The notes beneath the pieces were generated by a model that was not told the origin of the DNA, ran no database searches, and saw only the letters and a program-made list of their open reading frames with translations. Both the position numbers and the translations under genes were made by a program. From Rotaria socialis (Eukaryota): DNA of 64,000 bases. The stretch is taken from assembly GCA_905331295.1 (NCBI GenBank), contig CAJNYD010000432.1, forward strand, positions 1-64,000, in the 5' to 3' direction. Below, piece by piece: positions 26,766 through 40,498 of this stretch (positions are counted from its first letter, which is position 1; every line of letters begins with the position of its first letter).

Positions 26766-29049
26766 TCTTCCTGTTCGAGTACTCTGATTGAGAATTACTA
26801 ACTAGTCACGTCAGTACGTGCGAGTACTTATTCTTAAAAAGAAAATAACTGCAGTTTTATTATCATTGTTTCCTGTTTTTTTTTAAATATATTTCTTATT
26901 GCGTGTCTATGGTAGATTTTGTTTTAGTCTAGTGTACGTATGGATCCTTGTTTTTGTTTTGTTTTTCAATGATGTATATTGTTACGTGCGCATGTTTTGA
27001 TATATTAACAAGAAACGAAAGATATTATATATGTACAGTGAAAGCTGACAATAAATTTAGAAAAATTCTATTCGTGGCTGAATTTGAGTCAGTTCAGCGT
27101 CGCAAAGTGAAGCTTCATTCTACAAGATTTATTGTGTTTTGGCTGAAAATGAAAATAGAGAATTTCGTACAAATTCTACGGGTATGTTATTTACAAAGTG
27201 ATCATCTGTATTCTTATCGTTTGATCAGAGAAATTAGCAGCATTCTTATCATAAATCATTGAGAAGCCTATAGTCGTTTACAATGCTGAAAGACATTCAG
27301 CGAACTCTTTTTGTTTACAACACAAGTAGTTTCATTATATTTCATATTGTAACCATCATAGGATTACATCAGATGCTTGTTCTTAAACATGTAGTTGCCA
27401 TAAATCCACTTCAAACAACATCGCCTTCGATAATTTCTCGTTCTTACTGAGCAAATTCTAATTATGTATCAAAAGAAAAAAGAAAACTTTCTAAAGTCTG
27501 GAAATTCGCATCATATTGAACAGCTATAAGAATGACAAGTACGACGACAACTAACATTGATATATTATGTATTAAAAAATTCCATCTTACATTGTAAGGA
27601 AAAAAATGTACACTATTCATTAATATTTAATTGTATATTGTCAAACAAAACATTTCGATAACCATGATCTGATCTAATTCGAAATCCAAAATAAATATCT
27701 GGCGATTTGAATACATGCTTTTATTGTGCCCATAGTTTCATTAAATCATTTGTGATTACACTTAGGTAAAGCTAACATCGGATTTGCTTCTCAATCTGTG
27801 CTAGTGTTGAATCCGCTTGTGTTGGATGCAGAATTTAATTTTCCATCGATTGTCACTTTGAAAAATAGAGCTTATCGATCAAAAACTATACTTTTGTCCC
27901 GAAATACAGATTTTTCCCTCACACAAAAAATTTTCTGAAACTGTCTTTCTAGCCCGGATTCGCTGCTGAAACTGTGTTGGCTCTCTAACCAGTTGTATTA
28001 GATCCAAAATTTGATGTTCTTTCGAATGGTGTCTCTCATAATAGGGTTCCTTCACCAACAAGGGTGTGTTACGCCGAAAAACTGGATTTCAGACAGGTTT
28101 TCTGTAGTACATGTAGTCCGGATTCGTTTTCGAAGCGGTGTTGGATCTATAATCACTTGCGTTGAGTAGATGATTAATTCGAGTTTGAAAATAAACACCA
28201 AAACAAAAGAACGACACTTTCATGACTAGTTAGGAAACAAGGAAAAGATGAAATTTCCTTTTTTTTATATATTATATATTTGATTACGAAGTGGAATGTC
28301 CGCCTTAGATAAACATCTTGTAAGCAAGATCTTGAGTACAGATATTCAATATCTTTAATTCGATATCTAATCTTTTATGATCGTTTTTAGTAATATTCAT
28401 CCCTGACAATCGCACGTTTCAAACTAGGAATCAAGACCTTCAGTGAAAATCATGAGAAATTTAACTTATAGTTAGTAGTGAGCAATATCTATCTGAACGT
28501 TGGATTCAACTTAACTTTCCATTGAAAAATCTAAAAAAAAACCCCAAGAACTAGAAGTAATACTGGAAATTACTACTTGATATAAGCAATTTTAATGAGT
28601 TCAAACATATTCCTATTTATAAAAATTCAAATAAAGAAACGGTGTAAAGTAAAAAACTTTTATCCTCTGATTTTATTAATATTTACATCTAATTTTTTTC
28701 AAACTGTATTATTTTTTGTGATTGTAATTGCTGTTACTGATGCTCAGCTGTCATTAATTTGGCTTTACTTGTATTGAAAGGTATCGGATGACAATGATGT
28801 CATTAAATCGATGCACATGTGTCCAAGAAAGGTTTCTCCTATAGTCTAAGTAATTACGTATAAAAATCTAGAAAGAAAAATAGCTTAAACATTCTTTATG
28901 TCTATATAATATCTTAAAAAAGTCAATATACGAACAAAGAAGCCAAGAGATTTATCTAAATGAAATGTTTGATTAACATTGAAATCTAAAACCTCTTTAT
29001 TTTTTGTCATCTTGCAAAGAAACAAATTTTGAATTCTAACACTCTGTAT

Positions 29050-29413
29050 CAGAGCTCCGCGTGGGACGGGATGGGACGAACACTTTTAGAAAATTTTAAG
29101 CAGACAAGAAAGAATCGATGTCTCTTTCGAGGCGATTCTATTATATGCTTACTATCTTTATCCATTAAAATTATATTTATTGACGTAAGTCACCGCTTTC
29201 AAATCTTATTCTCATATTTTAGACCATTTTCGGTGTATGTTGTTCAGTTTATCAAAAGTATTTTTAAAAGTCATCTAAGACAACGGTCTTAATTTTAATG
29301 GATAGCGACAGTATGCATATCATAGAATCATATCGAAAGAGATTTTGATTCTTTCTTGTCTACTTAGAATTTTCTAAAAATGTTCGTCTCATCTCGTCCC
29401 ACACGGAGCTCTG
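29050..29413. mobile_element. hAT-like MITE with long TIRs and degenerate 8-bp TSD
   Basis: cagagctccgcgtgggacgggatgggacgaaca...aagaaagaatc is inverted against gattctttcttg...tgttcgtctcatctcgtcccacacggagctctg. Flanks ctctgtat / ccctgtat (7/8). Confidence 0.88.
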
Positions 29414-29715
29414 CCCTGTATCGTAACCTGACATAAACCGGGTTTGAATAAAACACAAATGTTTGATGAATACACTCAAAATTAGTCGATAAAAGTTTGT
29501 TCCCACTTTAATCGTTACGTATAAGTATGTTTTTATTGCTTTCTTTGTTCTTCATAGCTTTCATTTTATTGGCTGATGAGCGTTCTCACTATTGCCAAAT
29601 TTTCGTACATCAATGAGATTGACAAGTTTATTTGATTGAGTTTTGGAAATTAATTTCAATCAGTTAAAGAATTAAAAAATATGTTAATAGATTAATGGTG
29701 TCACTTTTTGTTTTA

Positions 29716-29890
29716 CTCAAGATCTTGAGTAAAACCGGATATCGTCTTCATGATCTTAACGTTTGAAAATCTTTGAGTAGATCCTGTCAAGAAATGTACA
29801 AACAAATTATCTTTTAAAGATCTTGATATTAAGATCTTACTTGCTGACCCTACGATTTCAAGATCTTGCATACAAGATTTTCGACTAGGG
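29716..29890. repeat. Cluster of aagatctt motifs ending in ...cgactaggg; probable one-ended DNA transposon remnant
   Basis: Repeated caagatcttg-like units; no partner TIR found. Confidence 0.4.
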
Positions 29891-29992
29891 TGATCCACGC
29901 CCGACATGTACGCCCTCACCCACATTCACAAAAATGCTAAAGTCACTTCAGCGTGGTAAACGATCATGCTCGATTGTATCAGGACTTTTTAA

Positions 29993-30763
29993 GGGGGGAG
30001 GGGGCCGTGGCCCTCACTTTTTTGATTCAATGGGCTTGTTTTATAGAGCACATTTTTTTACTTATATCCGCCAATTTNTTTACTTGTACTCCGCTCCAGC
30101 TCATTTTCGATTGACTTATTCCCAAGGGGCGGCTACGGGTAAATTTTCTTGAAAAAATGCTTTTCTCTAAAAGCCGTACTTCGTCGGTTAGTTTTTTATG
30201 CTGATTTTAGATATCATATTTATCTTGCATAAAAATTAACTATTGACGTTGATATTTAGTACTTTTTGAAGATTTGTATTGAATTTCGCATATCAACACA
30301 TTTTGCTCTCTGAAAAAGACACCCAAGTAAAACTTTTTCCTTGAAGATTTTTACACCATTTTGTAGATTTTGAAATGCTTTATCGAATTATATGTAGAAC
30401 GCTATTTTTAAGTACAGTCAAAATTATGAAAACACAACTGAAAGCCATTGAAGCGTAAAAAGTAGGTGTCTATTTCAAAGTATTCACTATTTAATAATAT
30501 GAACAAATTATTCTTCCAAGTTTGTTCATCACGTATCAGATAGAGAAAAGAATTCTCTACCGATTCATATATAAAAATTTTAGTTGTCATTTTACTTAAT
30601 GCCGGGACCCAATCACAAACTAGATACACCCAGAGGCAAAGTTTTAGTCCAAAAATTTGTCTTGTGGTGTCTATAACTTGGACTGGGGATATACGTAAAA
30701 AAATGTGCTCTATAAAATAAGCCCATTGAATCAAAAAAGTGAGGGTCACGACCCCCCTCCCCC
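29993..30763. mobile_element. Non-autonomous TIR element with TTAA TSD and GG termini (Kolobok-like)
   Basis: About 75-bp TIRs (gggg...ccctcacttttttgattcaatgggctt...agagcacatttttt / inverse). TTAA at 29989-29992 and 30764-30767. No transposase. Confidence 0.88.
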
Positions 30764-31464
30764 TTAAGTCTCGGAGTTGAATCGTCTTTCTTGACTTTTT
30801 ATAAGTCAAAAATGCTTCTGTGACTGTGCTTTTATCAGGTCGATAACACTATTTGACAGATTGATTACCTCTTTCTTCGTAAAAACTGACTGAGTGCTAC
30901 AGCGAACGTTATCAGTTTTATTTCGTTCTGTTTGCCCACAATCTTTTACTGCGTAGTTTCATCGAATCATACTTCAGTCTTTAAAAGTACTCACTTCTGC
31001 TATCATTTTTTGGTGCACTTGCAATTATAGTTTAAGGCTTTAAGCTTTAATCGTTGTTCGCCGACAAATATTTAGCTGTCTAATAGTATTTTCTGACTTA
31101 TTGTGCTACTCTCACTCCTGTATTCTACAGTAGAGCAATTGGAAAATGAACAAAATCTACCGAGGCTAAGTTGATTCACAAAGAGACCAGTATATCAACT
31201 GGTAGATATTCACAACAAAAATTTATTTCCAACATAAGTCGTACCATCTGGAAAATTTTCTCTGTACACAATTGTCATCGGCCCCAAAACACTTGAATAT
31301 ATATTTAGAGTACTTGCCGATATTTTTATATTTCTTAATAGATTACAACTTTGTCACTTGCAGGTCGAGACCAAAGCTCATCCCACCCACTATTCTATAC
31401 CTTTAAAGAATCTTTGAATTTAACTTCAATTTTTTTCATCTTTGATGTAGAATTTGAATTCAAG

Positions 31465-34074
31465 ATGGCAAATTCGATTTTAGAGCAGACAACTGACGAC
31501 GTGAATTCAAATCCATGTAGCTCAAGTGGTGAAAATCATAATCATAATAATGATGGTTGGCAGATAGTCTACATTTGCCTAAAACGGGTAAGATATCGTA
31601 TAAAAATGTTCACTTGAATTAATCACAGAATGTGCATAAAAAGTTGAAAGCATGTTGTGGGAGAGCTTTGGTTACGAATATGTGCCTTCGCTTCACCTTC
31701 ACTTTTAAGACATACAACATCAGTAAAGCAGACATGCGGAGAGGCATGAGTAGTTCTATCGTTTTTTTCCTACTTATTTCGATCACCAGATTCTTTGCAC
31801 CATTCAAAATTGAGATCGTTTAAGTATCCATGTCGTTTTCATCTTTCTGTCTGACCTTCTTCCTATCTTATTACAAAAATAGTCAACATTCTTCAATTCT
31901 ATATTGAGAAAGCAAAACGATTAATAGAAATGTTTTCCTATGGATTCATTGGTCTATATTTTGATTGCTATTTTTCTGTTTTATGATCTAGTCATCAAAG
32001 AGCTGTTTAGGCTTTTCAATTATCGGTGGTAGTGAATATTCAATTCCTATCAGTGTCAGTCATATTGCAAAAAGTGGTTTTGCCGATCGTGATGGTCGTT
32101 TGAAGTGAATCATCTTCCACTATACTGTTGTTGATCTCATTGTTTTTCAAAGGCTTGATGATATTATTTTAGGAGTTAATAGAATTAGTTTTGTGAATAT
32201 TAGCCATGGCGACGCTCTGCGCGTATTGCAATCTACTGGCAAATATATTACTATGGTAAGTTACAGTAGTTTTATGTATATCTTTCTGGTGACGACAGCA
32301 AGTATTTGTGATCATTTTTAGCGTATAAAACGATTGATCCCACAGATTACCGTAGACAGTCCATCATATCAACCAAAAGAGGCTAAACGACGTTTAATAG
32401 TGGGCAATGTGATGGATTCAGTGCCCAACACGTGTGTTTATGAATAGAAGACGAATCGAAAAAGAAACGAGACTTTTGTTTTTCTAGTTGCATTGGTACT
32501 TTTATCAATTCTACTACTGATGCTCAAAATGATACACTTCGACCGTTAGGCGACTTGGTTTCGAATGCAGAAAATAAATCTACGGTATGTTTATATTTTT
32601 CCATCCAGATATATTACATACATATATATATATATATTTACGTATGCTCAGTATCAAATATCGCTTCGTATCAGATCTTTTAGAGAACCAGTTTAAGAAT
32701 GATGATGTCTATATGTATCAAAACAAGACAACTACACTTTTCTCAGCGAACAATATTCATGTCTAGAATCAATGTTGGAGTTAAATCCTCTGATATAAAT
32801 CATAATTAATAGAGAAGAGACTACTTTGAATGATTATTCTTTAAAAATGGAGCCTAAGCCCACTTGACAAGGAATTTTGAATTCATCACTAGTCGAATAT
32901 TTTTAAGAGCTTTCCAAATCAGTGTTTTAATTGTCGAAATAATTCAAATAGAATAGGTTGTGGCGTGATTGCAAACATTCTGCCGATCCACCAACTATCT
33001 AAAATCATTCATTAACGTTCAAAAATCACAGCTACAGTCACATGCAGCTAAATATTTTTCCAGGTATTTTTCGTGCAATTCCCCTTTCCTGGGAAATAGT
33101 ATTCAAGTTAGTTCAAGAAAAATAAGGGATATTATCCTTATAGACTGTATCCTTTCTTCAGTTTTCTCAAATGTCTTAGCCTATGATGGAGCTATTCGAC
33201 ACAGCGTCGATTTCGTCTTGTCGTTTATAAGTTACATTAGCAAGCGAGCTTTTCTATTCGGTTATCACTGTTTGCCTATTTTTAGATTACCAAGAGCAAA
33301 GTCCGGAACCGAATAAGAGTGCATTACAAACCTCTATGTGAATATGATGTGGGAACGTTGAAAGATCTGACTGATAGATATTTTGATAGAGATTACCTCG
33401 AAATTCATCATCTTATTCCGAAAGATATCGCTATGGCAATCTTTCCCGAATACAAAGAAGCCGAATCTGTCTGTATCGTTCTTTCGAGAATGAAACGTCA
33501 TTCAGCACTTGTCATTTCCAAGGATGACTTTAATTCACTATTGTCTCATAACAATTCTAAAGAAATACTAACACATGTCATTAAACACCATACACAACTG
33601 AAAGCTATACCCAGTCCAGTTCTACTCGAAGCTATTCTTTTGCATTGCGCACAATTTCCGCGCATCTACGAAACACCAAATCATCAATCATTGAGTACTG
33701 ACATCAATGTCATCGATTACAGTGTATATGACATAATACTTCGAATTCCATCCAAGGATCTACGCTATATGGGCGACATGCACGATATAATCAAATATGG
33801 CAATTGCGTCAAGGATATTCCAAGTCATGTCTGCCAATTTATCCTCGAAGAAAATCAACCGATAGAGCCACATTCCAAACAAGTTCAAGATTACCTAGGG
33901 GTGTATGTCGCGCACCGATGCATTGATCTATTATCCGGCCTACAACTAGTTCTCACATTTCGTATTGAACTCGACCACACCGCAGAACGTCAAGAAGAAT
34001 CAGATAACTGTATTACGACTATCACCACGAATCACTACGTCATTTATCGCATGATCACTCTTAGTAAAGAATAG
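31465..34074 (+). CDS. PDZ-domain protein with uncharacterised C-terminal region (multi-exon; 3' linkage uncertain)
   Basis: Exons from 31465, 31992 and ~32152 read IVYICLKR-SSKSCLGFSIIGGSEYSIPISVSHIAKSGFADRDGRLK-LDDIILGVNRISFVNISHGDALRVLQ, a canonical PDZ pattern. A large open exon ~33286-34074 is phase-compatible but its linkage is inferred. Confidence 0.65.
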
Positions 34075-35236
34075 CTTTTTGTACGATAGTTCACTGTAAT
34101 TTTCTATTGTTTTCAAAATAAGAATCTATTTAATTTGATACAAATCTATCAAAATTATCACTTAAAAGATTAATAAACTGTATGAACTTGGCAATTTTTA
34201 TTGCGAAAATAGATAGACCATAGTATCTACGATAGCCAGTGAAAACTCGATGAACACTATACTATATGGCCATACCATTTATTTAAACGAAGAGAATACG
34301 AGAACCCACTACCATACTCTAAATTTCATATCTCGAGAAGTATTCCCTATTGATTTATTGACGCAAGAAGTCAACTGATCGATTGTGAGTATAGTGACCA
34401 CTATATGTTGACATACATAATTGTTGGTGAACGATGATCTAGAATGAAGCCAAGAGAGTACGTACCTAGGTTTCAATAGTTGATCATGATCAATTAAGAA
34501 ATAAAGCATTCATACAATTCTGTTGCTCACTTGAAAATAAGCAGAATAAAACTAGTATAGTATCGGTTTGAAAATAGTTTTCTTAAATTATTCATTAAAA
34601 AATGTTACGATAAAATTCAAATACAGGGCCATAAATATCGTAATTATTGTCTTACTTCTTCATGTACAGACAAAGAAAAACATTATTCGTACTAGGAAAT
34701 GTCGTACTAACAAATTATTATTATACTATATTGAAACAGTGATCAAATGAACATTTTACAGGACTCGACTAAATACAATCGTTTTTTCAAGATAATTGTA
34801 TTGAGTGAAACGTATAATGATACACAAGCAAACATGTAACAATGTTCATTGTATCTTTGTTATACTGAATTGTTGATAAATGTATTTATTTTGCCCTAGC
34901 TGGCAATGAAGATTGGTTAAAAATTAGTAAAATAAATAACATACATGGTTTGGATAATAATGAAGAAAAATCTACTCGTACCAACTTGTTAGCAAACAGC
35001 CAGTCTAAAAACGCATACTCGTAATCAATTGGTAATCCATAAAATAACATATCTCTTTCGCTCGCAGATTAACAAAGAAATAATGAAATAACTTAAAGTG
35101 GCGACCACAAAATCATTGTGTTCATTATAACAGCAGTCCGCGATGGGAAATATTGAAATGCACGAATGGGATTTATTTGAACCTGTTTTAGTATTGAACA
35201 GTAAATAATTTGATTATCTTTACAATTTTTGTATAG

Positions 35237-37807
35237 CTAAAATGCTCGCCATGAGTGAAAATCCTTGCCAGAAATGCTAATGGGTGGTCTTGGATCAGTC
35301 GGCTGCTTAGTATGACTGTGCAAATACGAATAACTCAAAGAAGTTGCTACTCCAGTTTTATCAATCCATTCTATAGCAAATACTATTTGACGATGTCTTG
35401 GTGGTATACAATCACGAGTGGCATGTGGCGCGCCAATAAAACGAGAGTGGCGAACGCTTTTTGCAATCTGGATATTGACATCTAAATTTAAATAATTTGT
35501 GATTGATAGATTTTCAACGATAAACACCCTAAATCGTAGTTTATTCGATGTTGTATAAAATACAGCTTCTTTGTCCTTGAAATAAAAGCGACATCTAGTT
35601 AAGTACATATGCGTATACAAATACAAATCAACAGACCTGTTTCTTGTTGGCAATTCTAATCACGGCTGAAATCAGGCAATCAGCAAGAAATGTTGCTGGT
35701 CTAGTTTCTGTAGTTAAACTAATTTGCACGCTTGAATGTATGACAATAGTAAAATCTCTTTTTTCTTTATCATTTTGCCAAAAACTAGTTGAAAATGGTA
35801 CCAGTGCATAGTCACCAGCTCGCAATGCTCCTACCCAATACGTAAGGCCTCCACGCTCAGACATAATTATACTCTCACGTGCACCAACAATACCAGTTGC
35901 TGCGAATTCGCTTGTATCACAAAGCACAAACGATTGAGTATGAGAAGTACGCGTTTTTCGATCACGACGATGATATACCAAACTGATATTGATTGTTGAT
36001 GATCTGAAGATAATGTATAGAATAACTAAAAACCGAAATCTGAATCTTATAAATTTATTTACTCAGGTACATGAAGATTGTAAGTTGTTACTTGTTGGGT
36101 AGATGATCGAGTAAATTTACCTACTTCGCGTATATCATAATGATCACTATTATAATGTGAGATAGTTATAGATGAAAAATAACGAAGAAATCGAGGCCAT
36201 GATATCCAAAAAGCACCAGTAGAACGTTTCTCAGGATTGACTGCACGTAGTTGCTTGAGAATACTTTCTGTTACCAATTCTTCTCGATAGGTTGAATGAG
36301 AATGAGGATCACGAACAAGTACAAAACGCCATGATGCATCTCTAAGTGCATTAGCGGCCAGGAGAGAAAATGCATGGTCCTTATGAATGTGAACGTGTGC
36401 ATATTCTTCTGAGCTCACAGCAGTTCCGCCTGACGATACTCCGATCAATAATCTATAGCATTAACTCTCTCGGTATTTAGAAATAGATTTCATCCAACTT
36501 ACTTTGATTCGCAAGCAGATAAAAGTTGTGCCCAAACCATATCACCATCCAGTGTATTATTCGTTGGTTGAAGATCAATATAATCACATGGTGCTCCAGT
36601 TAATAATTGAAGACCCTCACGCATATTTCCACTTCTTAGAGCAGCATAAGAACCGAATAGTTTTGCACATGACTTTTCAATCAACGGAACATACAATTGA
36701 CGACGCTTAGCTTGAGTAAAGACCAAGTTTTTATGTCTTGTGCATGGAAAGCAATCATCAATAATAATTGTTTTCCACAAGCCATTGTGACAAACGCGTA
36801 CCATATAAACGCCTTCATTATTTATTGTTTTTGTAAGAAGAATATGCTCAAGTAAACGAGGCTTTTCAGAAACCAAAGCTAAAGCAGCAACTAACCAACA
36901 ATTGCCTAGAGCACCTTGTGCAATATCACTTGGACCAGGCGATGAAAATATAGTCCATGACAATTTACGATCTTCTTCTGACGATGGAGCGACGTTAGAT
37001 ATTCGTAGCCACTGTGCAACTTGGTTGAATGTTCCTGATCCAATCGATGCATCTATTGGAGGAAATTGATCATCAACAAAATGTATATTTTCCTAGATAT
37101 ATAAATGATACATGGCAATCAAAGAGTGTTCAACATAAATATTCAACACTTAAGCACTACTGATGGACTTTTTCTTTTTGTCTCACTTAAAACATAGAAT
37201 ATATGAATATAGTCTCGCATTACTTATGCATGCATTACGTTTGAAATTCAGTGATCAAAGGCAAAAGCAAGAGAAGAAGTTTATATATCAATCTGTAATT
37301 GTGTTCTATCACTCCAAAAAAAACGATTATTGATCCTGTTAAATACCTGTCTGCAATATTTCTTTATCTTGTTAAATATGACTTGTGCACCAGATTCATG
37401 CATATGTCGACGATCACGAATAGTCAAGGACATACGTGTTGGCGGTGCTGCTTCGGAATTGATTAAAACTGCATTTTTATCATCCTAAATGAAAAATAAA
37501 ATAAAATATTCTGCTTTATTCATCTTTTGTTTTTAAATCAACAACTTACTGAAATAGACTTGTCTTGGTCACCTGTTTCATATTCTTTACTTTTAGCTCT
37601 CCGGTAAAGTTTATACTGAGAATACAATGCGGCCGATTTTGATTGATCATTATTAGATAGATCTTCTTCCGATTCCTTGATTACTTTTTGACACATTTGG
37701 CAAAGAGGGCCATCTTCCATATCGGAACTGCATATAGGACACCACCATTGTTCGAAGATAGAGAGCAATGATGAGTCAGTCGATGTATTGGACAAAGCAG
37801 TGGCCAT
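35237..37807 (-). CDS. SOL/calpain-15-like cysteine protease with N-terminal RanBP2-type Zn finger (6 exons: 37807-37550, 37484-37347, 37092-36503, 36452-36063, 36003-35637, 35575-35237; 693 aa)
   Basis: WWCPIC...CQMC finger; FVDDQFPP; DIAQGALGNCWLVAAL (catalytic Cys); IIIDDCFP; LIEKSCAKLFGSY; DHAFSLL (His); GAFWISW. Phase-consistent, total 2082 nt. Confidence 0.88.
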
Positions 37808-40498
37808 TGATATTGATTGAATCTATATCAGTTATAAAAATCCACTAATTGAACAGCTTCTTTGATATTTTGGTCTTAGGAAAAGTTGTAACAAAGAGTT
37901 TGTCTACTGCTTCTAAGAGTATAAATATTCGAATATGGCATTACACATAAGATGTTTACTTTTTCTTTTGTGGAACTCACATATATTTTCGAAGAAAATG
38001 GTGAGTGTAAGTTTAAAAGCGAGACTTTTGCGGCTTCCCCCCTCCCCATTACAGACCCCTCACCTTACATTACAGACATTAGCAAGCACGCAAAAATTAA
38101 ATAAGACATTTTTGTCCTACCGATCGATTTTCTTCCAGCAAATTCCGCACCACGCATTATGTATAAGTAAATTAGGCGAAAAATCATATGCAACTTCCAC
38201 ATTTTAGCCCCAAAGGGACTGCGCTAACAAGCTTTTTTATGATTCTATTCGTTTCTTCGAGAAAAAGGGTTTCGAAATGTTTATAGTTACAAAATTGGAG
38301 TGTGATTACTCATATATGGTACTATGCGTAGTTTTAGATTTAATTGTTTATTCTGATTCTGAGAAGTGAACACCAATTTCCTCATGATTATTGATAAAAA
38401 CTGTTACTTAACACAAAAATAACTAATATAATAGGTTTTTCAACACGCATATTCGACGATGAAATAAAAATGTTCTTTTTTTTTCTGTACATATAGTGGC
38501 TATAATCATGAAACTAGAAGATTAGCTGTTAACTTCTCAAAACAGACACAAACGATGAAATGAAAAGAAAATATACACTATCTTCCATATATGAACATTC
38601 ATCTTGAACTTGTAGGCTCGCGATAAATATGTTAACACTTTTCTTAATGAACGAATAAAAAAATTTTAGCAAGTCTTTTCAGCGATGTGAGAATATAAAA
38701 AATATTTATGTCTATATGAACTTCGATTTCTCATCGCATTATCAGTATTTCATATGCTTACCAATTGATAGATATTCGCATAGGATAAAACTCATCACAT
38801 TCCCATACACCGTTACTAATAACGTGATAGAAAGGGAGAAAATAAGAAAAAAATGAGTGCCCCGTCGAAAATGTGAGTCGGTTTTTGCTCCGTTCTGCTT
38901 TTTTTTCTAACAGTCGTAAAGGGTCACTAGCAAAGGAAAGCGTCAATGACGACGCGGTACGACTGTGTGAGAGTGATTCAGCAGTAGAGTGAGGTATTCA
39001 TTTTTTGTAGTATTGGAAAAATATATACAGAGCGTAGCAGCAGCAATGAAAAAGTAATGAAATGATGATTCAAGAAGTCTCCGAAATAAATTACTCAGTA
39101 GTTTTGCTTTGAGATATTTCTTCGATTTATATTCGTGTTGCACAACACGTCGGATGAGTAATATTTCCCATGAGTAAATAGATTTATCGAATCTTTAAAA
39201 GTTGTGAACAAAGCACTCATGACGTTAGTGAAAATTTCAGTCATAATATTCCTTTTTCAGTTGCTTATTTTTATTCACCAATTGATCCATATATCCCTCA
39301 CAAGATTCTGCAGATGATTCTATGACAGAAATATGAATATATACTTCGTTTATGTTTACTTTTACGTATAGCTACTAATAATTTTCGCTAAATCGTTTTT
39401 TTTTTATAGATTTTAGTTTTTTCTGCTGCTATTGAGATCTTTGAATTTCTCTCAAGTGAAAAGCATCATTTCTTTCAACTACATCTATTTCAATATCCTA
39501 TACACAGTTTAACAATTGTTCGACAAAGGCCAAGATTCATCAAGAGAAACTTGATATTTTAAAATGCGAAAAAAGTGATCAGTTCTGTAAAAATATTGAT
39601 TTAAACAAAATATTCCCTACTTGTGTCTCTTGTTTCGTCTATTCAATTTGTTTATCATACAAAATTAGACCATCGATTACAAATTTAAGAGTAGAAATGA
39701 AAAGAGCGATATATCAAAATTGACAAAAATAAAGAATGCGAATGTTGAAACAAGAGATCGTGGCAAACAATATAAAGATAGAGAGGGAAGAAAATAAAAG
39801 TAAAGTATGCACTTCTTATCGATGCTAGTTGTGAGTTGTGTTTGAAGAGGAGAAATAAATATGCACGTTATAGTCAACTACTCGATGTATAAATATATTG
39901 TAAATATTTAAACTTTTACTGAAGAAAACCTGTTAGTGCAATCCTAAGGATGTGAGTGTGAGTTGCGATGTACTCTTCGCCACATCCACACCCCTAATCT
40001 CTCACGGTCTTGCAAACTATATTTATACTGCGTGCAATTAATTTTGATTGTACTAAAAGATGTTTTTCATTTATTGTTCTTGAACTTTATGTTGAAAAAT
40101 GATTTACGATGCGTAACAAAAAAAATTGATGTTTTAAATAGTACACATATTAATACACAGGTCTAAAGGGAAATCTACATGAGGCATGAATTTCAGACAG
40201 CCTGCATGAAGACGAGCATTCTTTCGCCTTGAAAAAAGTTGTAGTTACTGTTTATTTCTAGTTGATCGTTCTTATGATTTTCATGCGTTCAGAACATCAG
40301 TTGCTTTAGATTTGCACATCATTCATTCAAGCACTGAAGTGTTTGTTTGTGGAACGAAAGTCATGTTCTATGGATAAAGCTTTAGGTTAGCGAAGTTCAA
40401 GAATGTGAAAAAAGTATACCTCAGTATTTATTGATAAATCTATGCATCATGTTAGTAATTTCATTGGTTAAACATGTAAAATATTGCATTATAGCTCA

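Noticed and set aside
30408..30809. 133-aa ORF as a possible transposase
   Set aside because: Runs through the TIR of the TTAA element and has no DDE or other transposase motifs.
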